NCBI RefSeq assembly: GCF_030028105.1
Contig: NC_092378.1
Location: 21,012,715 to 21,076,714, forward strand
DNA: 64,000 bases
Direction of reading: 5' to 3'
Source of the DNA: Mobula birostris
Taxonomy: Eukaryota
Shown here: positions 48,400 through 60,660 of the stretch, in pieces
Layout: the number at the start of each line of letters is the position of its first letter
Numbering within the stretch: position 1 is the first letter of the stretch
Translations under genes and position numbers: made by a program
Notes under the pieces: model-generated
The model's input: only the letters and a program-made list of their open reading frames with translations
What the model was told of the DNA's origin: nothing
Databases searched by the model: none

Positions 48400-51005
48400 A
48401 CTCTTTTTGATGTGACTGTCAGGAGACAAAAATGGATTAGGCAGACAGTGCAAAGTTTCACTGTGGCCATTCTACTCAATAAGAAGTATATTCCTTTGGA
48501 AGCAATTTGGGGGGATGATCTACCGGGAAAAACTGCCGTGACCAGCTATCTGGCACTGAGTCTGGCTCTGTAGCTCAGGGAGGTGGGAGAAGGGGAGAGC
48601 AGTGATGACAGAGGATTCAGTAGTTAGTAGAACAGAGAGGAAATTTTGACCCCAAGATGGTATGTTGCCTCCCAGGTACCAGGGTCAGGGATGTCTCATA
48701 TTGAGAACGCAGCATTCTTATGGGGAAGGATGAACAGCCAGAAGTCATAGTGTGTATTTGTACTTAAGGCATATGTGGCTAGGAAAAGGGCTGAGTTTCT
48801 GAAGAGAGAATATAGGGTGCTAGGTAGAAAACTGGAAAGCGCGACCTCCAGGGTAGTAATCTCTGGACTGCTGCCTGTGTTGTGCACCAGTAAGGGTAAG
48901 AATAGAATGATATGGCAAATGAATGTGTACCTGAAGAATTGTGGATCACTGGGATCTCTTCTGGAGATGGTATGACCTGTATAAAGTGGAAAGGTTACAC
49001 TTGAACTCATAGGGGATCAATACCCTTGTTTTGCTAGAGCTGTTGGAGAGGCTTTAATGCAGGGGATGGGAACCAGGGTGGTAGGTCGGTAGATGGGTCA
49101 GTCGGTATGCAGGTAGATGGACTGTGTAGAGAGACCTTGAGGAAGGATGGGCAGTGAAAAGGGATGATTGCAGTCAGTTGGATTGGTTGGAATGCTCTAA
49201 TGTGAGAGGTATCAGGAACAAAAGTGATGAACTTAGATATGGGTCAGTATGTGGCGCTATGATGTTGTTACTATTACAAAGACTTAGCTGTCACAAGGGC
49301 AGAAATGACTGCTGGGCATTCCTGGGTCTAGATGTTCTAAAAGGGAGGGGGAAGGAGGTAAAAGAAGTGGGGGGAGTGGCATTGCTAATCAAGGATAATA
49401 TCGCAACTACCGAAAGGGAGGACGTGGTGGAGGGATTATCCACTGAGTCAGTGTTGCTGGAAATCAGAAACAGGAAGGGAGAGATTACTTTACTGGGAGT
49501 ATTCTGTAGCCCCTGCCCCAATAGCAACAGACACTGAGGTGAGATCGGGATACAGGCTTTGGAAAGCTGGAAAACAGAGCTTTTGTCATGGGTGACTTCA
49601 GCTTCCTTAATATTGGTTGGCACCTCTTTTTAGTGCATCAATTTTAGATGGGGCAGAATTTGTTGAATGTGCCCAGGAAGAATTTTTGACACAATATGTT
49701 CACAGGCCAATGAGAAGAGAAACCATACTGGATCTGATACTAGGTGAATTACAATCCTATGGGCAAGAACTTGGCAGCATAAATTGGGAACGGATGTGCT
49801 CAGGGAATGTGGAGGATGCTAGGGAGCACTTGCATGGGGATTCTAGATAGGTGCATCTCATTGAGGCATGGAAAGTATGGTAGTGTGAAGAGATGTGGAA
49901 CATCTAGTCAAGAGCAAGAAAGAGGCATACTTAAGTAAAGTTTAAGGAGCAGGGATCAGACAGGGCTCAAAAGGTTACAATGCAGCCTGCAAGGAGCTTA
50001 AGGAGGGAACTGAGAGTTAGAATGGGACCTCAGAAGGCTCTGGCGAATAGGATTAAGGAAAACCCCAAGGTGTTCCACACAAACCTGAAGAAGAAAAGGA
50101 TGTCTAGAGTGAGGATAGGACCGATCAGAGATTTAAAAAAAAAGAAAACATGTGCCTAGGTCAGATGAGGTAGGGGAGGTTTGTAATGAATATTTTGTTT
50201 CAATATTCATCAGTGAGAGTGATCTTGATGAAAGTGAGATCAGGGTAGAACAGTCTGATATGCTGGAACATGCGGAAATGAAGAAAAAGGATATGCTGGA
50301 ACTATTGGAAAAACATTAAAACAGATAAGTCCCCAGGGCCAGACAGGATATACCCCAGGTTACTACGAGTACCAAGGAAAGAAATTGCTGCATCTTTGGC
50401 AGTAATCTTTACATCTTCAATGGTGACATAAATAATAGCAGAAGATTGAGAGGTATAAATGTTATTCCTTTATTCAAGGAAGATAACAGAGATAACCCTG
50501 GGAATTATAGACCAGTGAGTCTTATGTCAGTGCTGGACAAACTATTGAAGAGGATTCGTAGAGGCAGGATTTATGAGTGTTTGTAAGGGGCAAGTCATAC
50601 TGCATGAGCCTGATTGAATTCTATTAGGAAGTGACTCATCAGAGGTATACAAGATGATAAGAGGCATAGATAGAATGGACAGCCAGAGATTTTTTCCCCC
50701 AGGGCAGAATTGGCTAATATGAGGGAGCATAACTTTAAAGTGTTTGGAAGAAAGAAGAAGGTGAATGTCTGTGGTAGGTTTTTTACACAGAAAATGGTAG
50801 GTGTGTGGAACATACTGTCAAGGGTGGTGATAGAGTCAGAAACATTAGGAATGTTTAAGAGACTCTTAGATATGCACATACACGAAAGAAAAATGGAGGA
50901 CTGTGTGGGAGGGAAGGACTAGATTAATTTTAAAGTAGGTTAAAGTGTTGGCAAAATATCGTGGGCAGCAGGGCCTGTACTGTGCTGTAATGTTTTATGT
51001 TCTAT
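48400..51005 (+). mobile_element. Old CR1 LINE retaining ORF1 esterase and APE endonuclease remnants, most of RT deleted
   Basis: ORF1-like SRVVISGLLPV...WQMNVYL and RLHLN. Endonuclease motifs NVRGIRNK, GGVALLIKD, STESV and ILDLILG. NYRPVSL and FFTQKMVGVWN near the 3' end. Confidence 0.85.
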
Positions 51006-51009
51006 GAGT

Positions 51010-52405
51010 GCTCCCACAGGAAAATAAAAAAAAATTAGATATTCCTGATTGATGCTTTTTAGTGCCACATTTAGGCAGTTATGAATTTCCAATTTCAATG
51101 AGATCCAGGCTCTCCCTTTTGAACAAAAGGTCTGGTAGATGTAACTGGAAAAGTTTATGTGAAGAATATCAGAAGTGAAGATGTGTCTTTGACGCCATAG
51201 TAACTAGAGTTCGTCTACTCAGCATCCAGAAATTACCCAGTGGTGGCAAAGGCAAATTCCACAGTTATTCAAATATCAGGCGCTAAGTCACTTCCTTGCT
51301 TTCTAAGGATATACAAAATATTGGAAGGCACACATTCAAGTATACCAGCATAAAGCTAAATAAGCACAAGTTTTTAAGTTTAAAAAAATGTTTAAAAATA
51401 TAACTAAGATTTGAAAACTATATTGTGTAGAATATTAAAGCCAAGTTTAGACACAATAATTATATAACCTATATCAACATGATAATTTTAAAAACAGTAA
51501 GATTTATCTTCAGTGCTTTAGAGAATGGGAATATTTGTGTAGTTCATTCTTCACTGACGTGCAAGGCTTAAGGTTCCTATTGTGTAGTTAATTAATTTAG
51601 CTGGAAAACATACTGCAGATTTTTTGATTTCTGCTATTTGTTGGATTGAAGAGTTTTACAGCACAAGAGAAGGCCACTGGGCTCTTACACCTTTATCAGC
51701 TCTCCAGCCGATAGCATGCCCTTCACCTCACACAACCTTGCAGCTTTTACTTTTTTCAATATTTATCCAATTTCAATATCATTTGATCACCAATAAACAA
51801 TGTTAATATTTGTAAAACTATGTCATAACGTGAGCATCCTTAAGGGAAGTTAATCTACCTCAAAATATTTTGTATAGTCCGTCCTATGAAAGTAGATACT
51901 TCTGTATGGTGTTGGATGCACCAAGTAATGTGTTGGTAAAAAAGTAAAATTCATATTGCTTTAATATGTCATTACCTCATAATTGGACCCTTATTTACCC
52001 AGTTTTATGTACGATTTGTGTTTAAAACCCATTTTGTACATGTTGTGCATAATCGTGATAATATTCATTTTGATTTGTGAGTGCTGAGACAGTGGTGCAG
52101 GTATTCCAAGACACAATTCACCCTAGCATAGTTAATGTTTGCCTCATGTCAGATGCATATCTAATAGCATTACAAAGTATGCAGCACCCACTTCTAGGTT
52201 GGATTTCTAAGGCCAATGTTTAATGTCACAAAAATGTGGCAGCTTCAAGCTCTGTACGTAGCTTCCATCTGGATTAGATCAGGTAAGATTCTTGCTCATA
52301 ATTCATGCCTAGCTATTTCTGAACTGGACTTCTTGCAGATTACCCAATATTTGCAGATCATCCATTTAGGAACCAGTGCCTGTTTAGCTCAAGGCTGAAG
52401 GATCC
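51010..52405 (-). pseudogene. Two candidate pseudo-exons (51976-52405 and about 51010-51302)
   Basis: cctag|...gag|gtaatg reading DPSALS*TGTGS*MDDLQILGNLQEVQFRNS...NPDGSYVQSLKLPHFCDIKHWP. The second begins tccttag| and reads KQGSDLAPDI*ITVEFAFATTG, running toward a CR1 3' end. Many stops. Confidence 0.45.
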
Positions 52406-53069
52406 CTAGGCGTGTTGTTTTAAATAAAAAAGAACTAGTTGAGCATTTCTTTTACCTGGTAGCTTAACACTAGCATTTAATGCACCAACAACTTTAATTA
52501 CATTACTCTTTCCTCTCCTGTATAAAGTTTGCAGTGAATGGTTCCTCCAACCCAATAAGTACAAAATAAACTTAGTGAGCCTTACGCAGTAGAACCTGTA
52601 TAAAAGTATATGATTTTAATAAAATATGCACAGTTAATTAGCTAAATATAAATGCTCAAATATAATTCTAAAGCAATCGCAGAATGAAAAATTATTTATA
52701 AACTTTAATGATTTAACAAGTTACAAATTACATGCCTTTAGAACCTGTACCACATTTATAAAGGATGACTAACGGGACACCTCTGCTTCAATACTCGGAA
52801 GGTCTAACTCAATGTGCCTGTGCTTTCCTACATTCTGCAAACAGCAGCAATATGATAGGTTTGCCACTAGGCGCCTCTCTTGTTACATGCATTTTGTTTG
52901 CTTGGCTATTTTTTAATGCTTACTGGGGCACTTAAAAAAAGAAGCAAGGAGTCTGCTTTCTCTCTGATTGTCTATCACTGTCTGCACATTGAGTATTTTT
53001 AAATATTAACAAAAAAGATTTATTTTAATCTGCAATGAGCAAATAATATGAAAACATAATTTAAGAACT

Positions 53070-53312
53070 ATTTAAAAACTGCAGAGGATTGTAAACTCAG
53101 CCAGATCTATCATGGACAGTAGCCTCCCCACTACTGAGGACATTTCCAAAAGACAATGCCTCAAAATGTAACATCCATCATTAAGGACCTCCTCACCCAG
53201 GACATGCCCTCTTACCATCAGAGAGGAGGTATAGTATTGTGTACTGCTACCACAAAGCAACTCATTTCGTGACATATGTCAGTGATACTACAATTGATTC
53301 TGATTCTGATTG
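53070..53312 (+). mobile_element. Rex1/Babar 3' fragment
   Basis: KLQRIVNSARSIM...SIIKDLLTQD, with a (gattct)n tail. Confidence 0.7.
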
Positions 53313-54632
53313 GTTCTGAAAATGTGCACATTTAATCCTTATTATATCTGGTTTCTGTTGCATTTTTTTCTCCTTCAATGTCATCCTTCAGCCAGGAATG
53401 TGATTTTGTCTCCAACCATCAGAACCAGAGTTATATTCCAGATCTCCTAAGGCTGTGTGAAATCAATAACTCACAGTATGAACTGTGCCTCACTTTCACC
53501 TCTGACTCCTGAGGTACTGGGTTGATTGCCCCATTTAGACTTGAACACAAAATGGTTTTCGTTGATTCTCCTCGTGCACAACAGAGGGAAAGCTACAGGT
53601 CATAGATGCTGCCTTTCTGACAACATCGTAGAGGGGGAATGTAAATGGTTTTCATGGCACTGATACTAAAGAAAAGCAGAGATCTCCTTCAGTGTTCTGG
53701 TCAATATTTATTCACGAATTAACTTAAGGAATTGCGCAGGGGGTAAAAAAGACACATTAAGCTCATGCTCTTCGATATATGTTGCTGTTAGTACGCACAC
53801 TCAGCTCCATTAATTTCATTGGAACAGATAGAGTGGATGGTAACGGTCATCCTTCAACATGCTCAGCAGTAGAGGCCAAAGAGGACATTGTCGTTGGTGG
53901 AAGCATATGCAAATAGCTAGGTATATTTTTGTAGATCCCCATCGAAGATATTTTATTAACTGTAAAGCTTTTTGGGGCATCAAGATGTTATGAGAGATGC
54001 AATAATAAATGCTAGCTTCTTTCTGAGTGACAAGGTTAGGGACTGCACAGTAGTGCAGCCAGTGGAGCTGCTACCTCCCAGCTCCAATGGTATAGGTTCA
54101 ATCCTGACCTCTGCTAGTGTCTGTGGAGAATTTGCACATTCTCCCTCTAACTGCACAGGATTACCATGGAAGCTCCAACTTTCTCTCACATTCAGAAGGA
54201 CATGTGGGTTGGTGGGTAAATTGGCCACTATAAATTGCTCTTTGGGTGTTTGGGCGGAGATACGCCTCTACCAAAGGAGGTGTAAAGCACTCTGTGCCTC
54301 CACCAGTCTGGGCACCCTTGGGCAAGGTGTGGCACCTACTTAGCCACCCTTCCCCCACACCCCAATCAGGGCTACGTGAAACCATGGGAGCAGGTGGTGT
54401 GAGCTCCTCGTGAAGGTCACAAGTCCTGATAATGCAACCACTGAAGCCAGGCAGATGATCTCAGAAGGATAATGGCTGGGGCCAGCCATCTTGTAAAGGC
54501 ACTGCTCAGAAGAAGGCAATGGCAAACCATTTCTGTAGGAAAAATTTCCAAGAATAATCATGGTCACTCATGGAGACTATAATCGCCCACGTCACACAAC
54601 ATAGGACGTAATAATGATGAAATTTCCCTTGG

Positions 54633-54850
54633 TTGGGCACGAGGCCAAGTGGTTAAGGCGTTCATCTAGTTACCTCAAGGTCGCTAGTTCGAGCCTCAGC
54701 TATGGCAGCATGTTTGTGCCCTTGAGCAAGGCACTTAATCACACATTGCTCTAGTGTCTGTGCGAGGAGTGGCCCCCCACACAGACTTCCAATCTGTACC
54801 TTGTAAGGCATGAAAATGCTCGACGCAGGCCTCTCATGGTCTGAGTCGAT
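54633..54850 (+). mobile_element. tRNA-derived SINE (3'-truncated)
   Basis: A box ggccaagtgg and B box agttcgagcc. Homologous to 57628-57928. Confidence 0.8.
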
Positions 54851-55519
54851 GTTCCCCCTGCCATTGGTGTATGAGTAGTAGAATCTGGGTGAACTGTTGG
54901 GATTGCAGGAAGAATAAAAATTGGCATTTCTATAGGACTAGTGTACATGGGACGTTGATAATCAGCAAAGGATTTAATGGGCTGAGGGTCTGTTTCCATG
55001 CTTCATGAATCTGTAACTCTATTATAAGAATTCAAATTGAAGTTGATTTGGACTCTCAATTCATATTTATAGGATTAAATATTTCAGATATTGTAGAAGC
55101 ATTTACTGTTCTATATTAATAAAGGAGAGCTTTGCCAGACCTGAAAGGATTAGAAAATTCTCTACATCTTCATCTCATTATCATGGAGAGAATGTTTGCA
55201 TAAATGTTCAGGAAACCCAGTGTTTAAAGCTGTTCCCCATCCCCTGACCCTGATCTCTTGGCACACAAACAGATGAGCTAAAATGCTATCTTTAGTCTTT
55301 AAAACTCAGGTGAAAGGAAATAGATATTGAAATAACACGAAGTTTACAAGAATCTTTATTTCCTTCTCTTATATTTCTAGTTGCTCACAATATATTACTG
55401 AAGAATTAACCAATAAAGATGAAGAATGAGTGAAATACAAAGAAATAAGCACTTGTTTTTTGTTTTGAAGCATTGTGTTACAAACAAGACAGCCACAAAC
55501 ATCTCCAGATACAACTTAC

Positions 55520-55943
55520 CAATATGATGTTGAACTTGGACCTGCTTTTTGTTCCACTGAAGATCTAATTCCTTCCTTTAGCAATATGGACTTGACCTTC
55601 CTTTTTCTCACATTCAGTTCTACTTACAAAATGGAAAACCAACCTTGTGTGCAGGATGCACTCCAAGAGTACAATTAAAGTCTAGACACTCTGGAAATGG
55701 TCTTCTGTTTACAGTGACTTCATATGTTGCAATTTAGTTACTCTGATGATGATGATGAAGTTTTCCTTTCCGTTGGTTGGATTTCTATCCAGTCTAGTAT
55801 TGGAAGCATTGGCAGGATAATTCCTCTGGATCCAGGAAATCTCTGAGCTTGAATTATGGTGGCAGTGTATAATTTCTGAAGATACTTTTGCATAGGTGTA
55901 TAACAATTATTCGCTATGCAATCATATGGATCACCAATGTTTC
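55520..55943 (-). pseudogene. Two candidate pseudo-exons (55742-55943 and 55520-55622)
   Basis: gtgtag|...a|gtaact, then ttttgtaag|...ttg|gtaagt. Second exon is open: ELNVRKRKVKSILLKEGIRSSVEQKAGPSSTSY. Confidence 0.55.
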
Positions 55944-57057
55944 CTACACGCTACAGTGATGACTCTGCAGAAGCACTTTATTGGCCAAAGCGTGCTTTGA
56001 GAACATTATAAATTGATTAACGTGCTACGAAGGTGCAGGTTCTTTTGTTCTTTCCCTATAGTAGCATGGGGACAGTACAGGGTCACATGATGCACAAAAA
56101 ACCAATGTTTATCCTGCCACAAGGCATTTTGCAATGTGAAAAGGGATAGTTTTTATTTAGACTATGTTACTTTTAAAGAGAGTTCAAAAAGCCATATTTA
56201 GCCTAGAGTGGAGTTCAAATACAATTTATTATAGACCAATTTTCAGTTTCTGAGAGTTACTATTGTGTCCATTCCCTTTGGACCACACTTCAATATACAA
56301 CAGCTTTTTCTACACCTTATTATTGCTGCCAAAATTCTTTATTGTGTACTATATAAATAGTGACTTTATAAGTCACAAATTCCTCAGCGCTGTTAAGATA
56401 TCGCATTGCTTACTGATCATGCTTTGATGTATGAAATGTACTGACATCTTTTTAGTTAAAGTTTTAAACATCAAAACAAAGGAAAAGGAATTTTATGAAA
56501 ATGATAAGCAAAACTAAAGGGAACAAAAGAAAATATATGAAATTCTTTTTGCTTAATAAAAACAAATCCATTTGATTTTTTTTCCCCATTTTGTCACAAG
56601 ATGTCCTCTGGGATACCTAGAATATATATACTTCCTTGACAATTTTCATGTTGCTTGAACAAGTCAAAGCCCTCTGTGATAGCAATCTTTGAGTAATGTA
56701 ATCCACAAATGTTATGTGTCAGGTATTCCTCAATTGACTTTATACAATGGAAATAAATGATGTGGTATTTGTGATGTATTACATTTTGATACATATTGAA
56801 CCCACTTTGATTTATATGTAACTGAGGAAGTTAGCTTTCAGTAAAGCCTTTATTTTGTCAAAGATGAGAAATTTGTCTAAAATACAGTACATTTTCCAGC
56901 TTACAGACTTCCCAAAGATGCTGCAAGTTCATAAAATGCATTTTTAGGATTGTGATGCACAGATTTGCCGCCGAAGATGCAAAGCAGAAAGAGACCAACC
57001 TGAGTACGATTCTTACAAATACAAGAGACTCTGCAGCTGTTGACAATCCAAAGGAGC

Positions 57058-57552
57058 GCACACAAAATGATGAGGGAAATCAGCAGGTCAGGCAGCATCT
57101 ATGGAAAGGAATAAAGAGATGGTGTTTCAGGCTGAGACCTTTCATCAAGCCTGGAAAGGAAAAGGGAATAAGCTAGAATAAGAAGGCTGGGGGAGGGGAG
57201 GGGAGGAAGTACCAGCTGGCAGGTGATACATGAAGCTAGGTTTTGGGGAAGGTGGGTGGAGGAGGAGAGATGAAGTGAGAAGCTGGGAGGTTCTAGGTGG
57301 AAGAGGCAAAGGACTGAATAAGAAGGAATCTGATAGGAGCAAAGAGTGGACCATGAGAGAAAGGGAAGGACGAGGGGCACCAGAGGGAGGTGATATGCAG
57401 GTGAGAAGAGAGTAGGCGTAAGAGGGGAGTAAGAATGAGGATGGAAAAAGAGTGAAAAGAAGGAACCGCTTCCCTCTTTCTTTCCAATCCCAATGAAGGG
57501 TCTTAGACGAAGCATCAACTCTTTACTCATTTCATTCATGCTGACTGACCTG
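57058..57552. mobile_element. Penelope-like terminal repeat (-) with a short oppositely oriented piece at its right end
   Basis: The minus strand has ttgatgaaaggtctcagcctgaaacacc. The plus-strand piece has caatgaagggtcttagacgaagcatc...tgacctgct. Confidence 0.75.
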
Positions 57553-57627
57553 CTTTGAACATTATTACAGTGTATTTTACAGCCCAACCTCTTTTTTGGT
57601 CCAACAGATGCTTTATCTTCCATATGA

Positions 57628-57928
57628 TAATAGGCAACCGTTAGTCTCATGAGATCATGGATTTGCACCTTGGTAGGTTTCCAGGGCGCAGGCCTGGGCA
57701 AGGTTGATCAACGGTTGCCCATGCTGCAAGTCTCCCCTCTCCACGCCACCGATGTTCTCCAAGGGAAGAGCATTAGGGCCCATACAGCTTGGTACCGATG
57801 TCGTCGCAGAGCAATGTGTGGTTAAGTGCCTTGCTCAAGGACACACACGCTGCCTCAGCCAAGGCTCGAACTAGCAACCTTCAGATCACTAGACGAACAC
57901 CGTAACCACTTGGCCACGTGCCAACAAC
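57628..57928 (-). mobile_element. Full-length tRNA-derived SINE with 12-bp target-site duplication
   Basis: tcttccatatga at 57616-57627 and 57929-57940. A box tggccaagtgg and B box agttcgagcc on the minus strand. Confidence 0.92.
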
Positions 57929-58810
57929 TCTTCCATATGAGTCTCTCCCAATACGTTATTTAACCCTATCATCACATCCTTCTCATATACTTCAAATAAA
58001 TCAAATGACATGTCAAGTTATTGGAGTTTATAGAACTCGCGAAGATTTACTTCATGAATCAGCAGAATAAATTCTATCAACCTCAACCTCTCTTTGGTCC
58101 CCATTCTCCGGACCATGCTCTTTCTTTCCCTCCTCAGAATTTGGTGAGTGGTATCTTGTGGACAGGTACTTTGAGGTTTCTGTTTCTGTATTATCATTTT
58201 TTTCTGCCAGGTTTCAATAGGATACCAATGCAATTCAGTCCCATATTAAATCTCAAGTAAACATTGGCTGTGGAGAGTCACCCAAGACTCCAGCTATATG
58301 GATCATACATGCACTTAACATTCCTACACAATCCCACTCCCAACTACCAACGTACAAAAAGGATTATTAAATAAATTGTAGAAAACATTTAGTGGGCCGT
58401 GAAATTACAATATTTAGAATCAGTCATGGATAGGAGAAGAAACTTGGTTATGTATTCTTGTGTTTATCTAGTAAATACTTACTAGCTATCAGAAACTCAA
58501 ATGCCGTACTTTGGAGCATTAATAACTTTTCTAATGTTTGTTGGCTAAGCACCTTACTGGCTACATATTTAAGCCTACTTGAGAATTTTTCAGTTGCATG
58601 GCAAGGTTATTGACTCTAAGAGCAGTCTTTATCTCATAGAAGAAGAACATCTTTCATTTAGAACACATGGTATAAAGCTCAATAGGACATAATATTGTAA
58701 ATGACAATGGGAACAATAGCACACATCTGTTCTGGACTGTGGAAGGATTAGAGGCAAGGAACTAAATAGTGAGAAATTATGATTGTTATCTCCTTGTTTT
58801 CTCTCATTAC

Positions 58811-59493
58811 CATCTGAGTACGTGGAAGTGAAGGGTATTTGACTCTTGGCATACAGTTGACATCACTCTTACTTGGAGCCTTCTTTACCAAGGTTTCGAG
58901 TATAGCTACATCTTTTGCAAGTTGCCACATTCTTGAGTCAGTTCTCTTCTTGCACAGCTGTCAGTATCTGCCACAGACATGGTGCACGTCCTCCTGAGCA
59001 GTACAGGTGAGGCTCTTACAATAATAGTGCTCTGCCGATGTGTTCAACAAATCAAAACTGGCTGGATCTTGAACTGATTGCGGTGAGCAGGCCTCACAAA
59101 ATTGGATGTTGTCTGCAGTGAGATCAATAAGATCAATCGGTGTGGATTATCACACACTGGGTTTCTACATCTCTTTTCTGAGCAATTTTAAATTGTTTCC
59201 CGTTAGTATTTTATTGGATGACAAACAGACATTAGAACTTTAATGAATGCTTCAGATGCAAAGGCTGTGAACTCTTTACTTAGTATGGTGCACTGCGGCT
59301 TTCGACACTTCTTTAGAGCTTTGTTCCTTCTAAGTTTGTGACAGTTTTGCCCTCCTGATTCATTCATAATTCTTGAAAAAATTCTGCAAAAGACTTTCAA
59401 TCCTGCCCATGTTTAAAGTGATGTCACCGAGTTGGATATCAGCTCTAATCTTGGCCAAATTTACAAAGCTGCATTTCTTTCAGTGATGCTGCA
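58811..59493 (-). pseudogene. Candidate large pseudo-exon with Cys/His clusters
   Basis: Acceptor tttcttaatgcag| and donor atg|gtaatg. Segments read VNLAKIRADIQLGDITLNMGRIESLLQNFFKNYE, KKCRKPQCTILSKEF...NCSEKRCRNPVC, and about 110 codons with one TGA: IDLIDLTADNIQFCEAC...HYYCKSLTC...GRY*QLCKKRTDSRMWQLAKDVAILETLVKK...PRVKYPSLPRTQM. Confidence 0.65.
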
Positions 59494-60606
59494 CTGCATT
59501 AAGAAATATATTCTCTTTCCCAGTCAACTTCTAATCTACCAGCACCAATCATGGGAAGCTTGAGTGCATCAAGAAAATACTTTTCTCTTTAGAACTTCAA
59601 ACAATAAATGGTAGTCTTTACAGATGTAATTTATAATATTATAGAATTTAAGGTGCCTTGACATAGTCTCATTTATCACCAAAATCATAACATTTATACA
59701 GCATTTAGTCACTGAACTGCAAGTAATGATTATTAAACCAGATTTTATGTTTTTATTTATTTAGCCTGTGTTTTGTTGCTCACAACATGATCTCTTCTGC
59801 TCAGATTATTATACCTACTGATTCCTTTTTCTATCTATTTACTACCTCTTGCACTCTCTGCACAAAATTCTACTTTCAATAAATTGAATCTAAAATCTAA
59901 AATTTGCTCCAGATCACAATATCTGCATTGGCTTGTGTCTCTAAAATCTATAAAGTCAGTTATGCTTTTATTTTGTGCAAATTCCAGCCACTGCCATAAC
60001 CTCAAGGCACATTGCTTGGGGCAGGAGTAAAGAGATAAAAATAATAATAAAAGAGAAAAGTAAACATGTATTAATTTTTTTAAAAAAAGACAATTATGGG
60101 TAGCTCTTCAGTAATCTTAATGTTGACGAAAAAGAGATGCATAAATCAGGGAATTAAATACTTTATTACATGATTAGTATCAGGAAAAAGACCGTCTTTA
60201 TGGAGTCCAATTAGTCTTGATTTAACTGCTAGATATTGCCAATAAGGGTAACAGTATGATCTCAGTGTCTGGAAGAAGTCAGTGAACTGGTAACTAAATT
60301 AGAGGCATAGGGCTATCAAATGGTTCTGATGTACTCACATTTTCAGGAGGTAATTGGTAAGATTCTGTACCTCAGAGTTTTTCAGAGTGTAAAGCAAATG
60401 GAATTAATCACTAGCCAGTTTGCTTTGAATTTAACTTGGCAAAGGAAAGCAAAAAGTGATGATGATAAATGGACAAAGATCTATCTGGGGTGTAGTGACT
60501 GGTTGAGTCCTGTAGGGATTTGTCCCTTGCCTTTAACTGTCTTTGCTGTTCATAAATGATACGTAGAAGGGTGCTTCCAAGAATATTAATTTTCCCGGTT
60601 CCTTAC

Positions 60607-60660
60607 CTTTTCCATTCCGAGGAAGAGTTCTGCTTAGACAGGCCAACAGCACTAGCTCTT
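60607..60660 (-). pseudogene. Candidate pseudo-exon
   Basis: Acceptor tttttcaatacag| and strong donor aaag|gtaagg. Open frame ELVLLACLSRTLPRNGK. Alternative acceptor would extend it to 60677. Confidence 0.5.

Larger units (their letters stand above)
56600..58323 (-). pseudogene. Candidate large pseudo-exon interrupted by two TE insertions
   Basis: Acceptor tgtgtag| at 58324. Frame IEFILLIHEVNLREFYKLQ*LDMSFDLFEVYEKDVMIGLNNVLGETHME continues as DKASVGPKK once the SINE at 57628-57928 is removed. Further coding-like text at 56600-57055 (NLQHLWEVCKLENVLYFRQISHL...HNICGLHYSKIAITEGFDLFKQHENC). Donor uncertain. Confidence 0.55.

Noticed and set aside
6790-51005. Strand bias of CR1 insertions relative to the pseudogene
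   Set aside because: Roughly equal numbers lie on each strand, and the sample is too small.
54633-54710. tRNA gene (also 57850-57925)
   Set aside because: The A/B boxes run on into a shared SINE body, and the sister copy has a target-site duplication.
57099-57701. 200-aa minus-strand ORF
   Set aside because: It is a chimera of SINE, a pseudo-exon fragment and a pyrimidine-rich Penelope repeat.
16185-59493. Selenocysteine or stop-codon readthrough as the explanation for many in-frame TGAs
   Set aside because: TAA and TAG stops, frameshifts and exonic TE insertions also occur, and the duplicated exon shows a CGA-to-TGA change directly.
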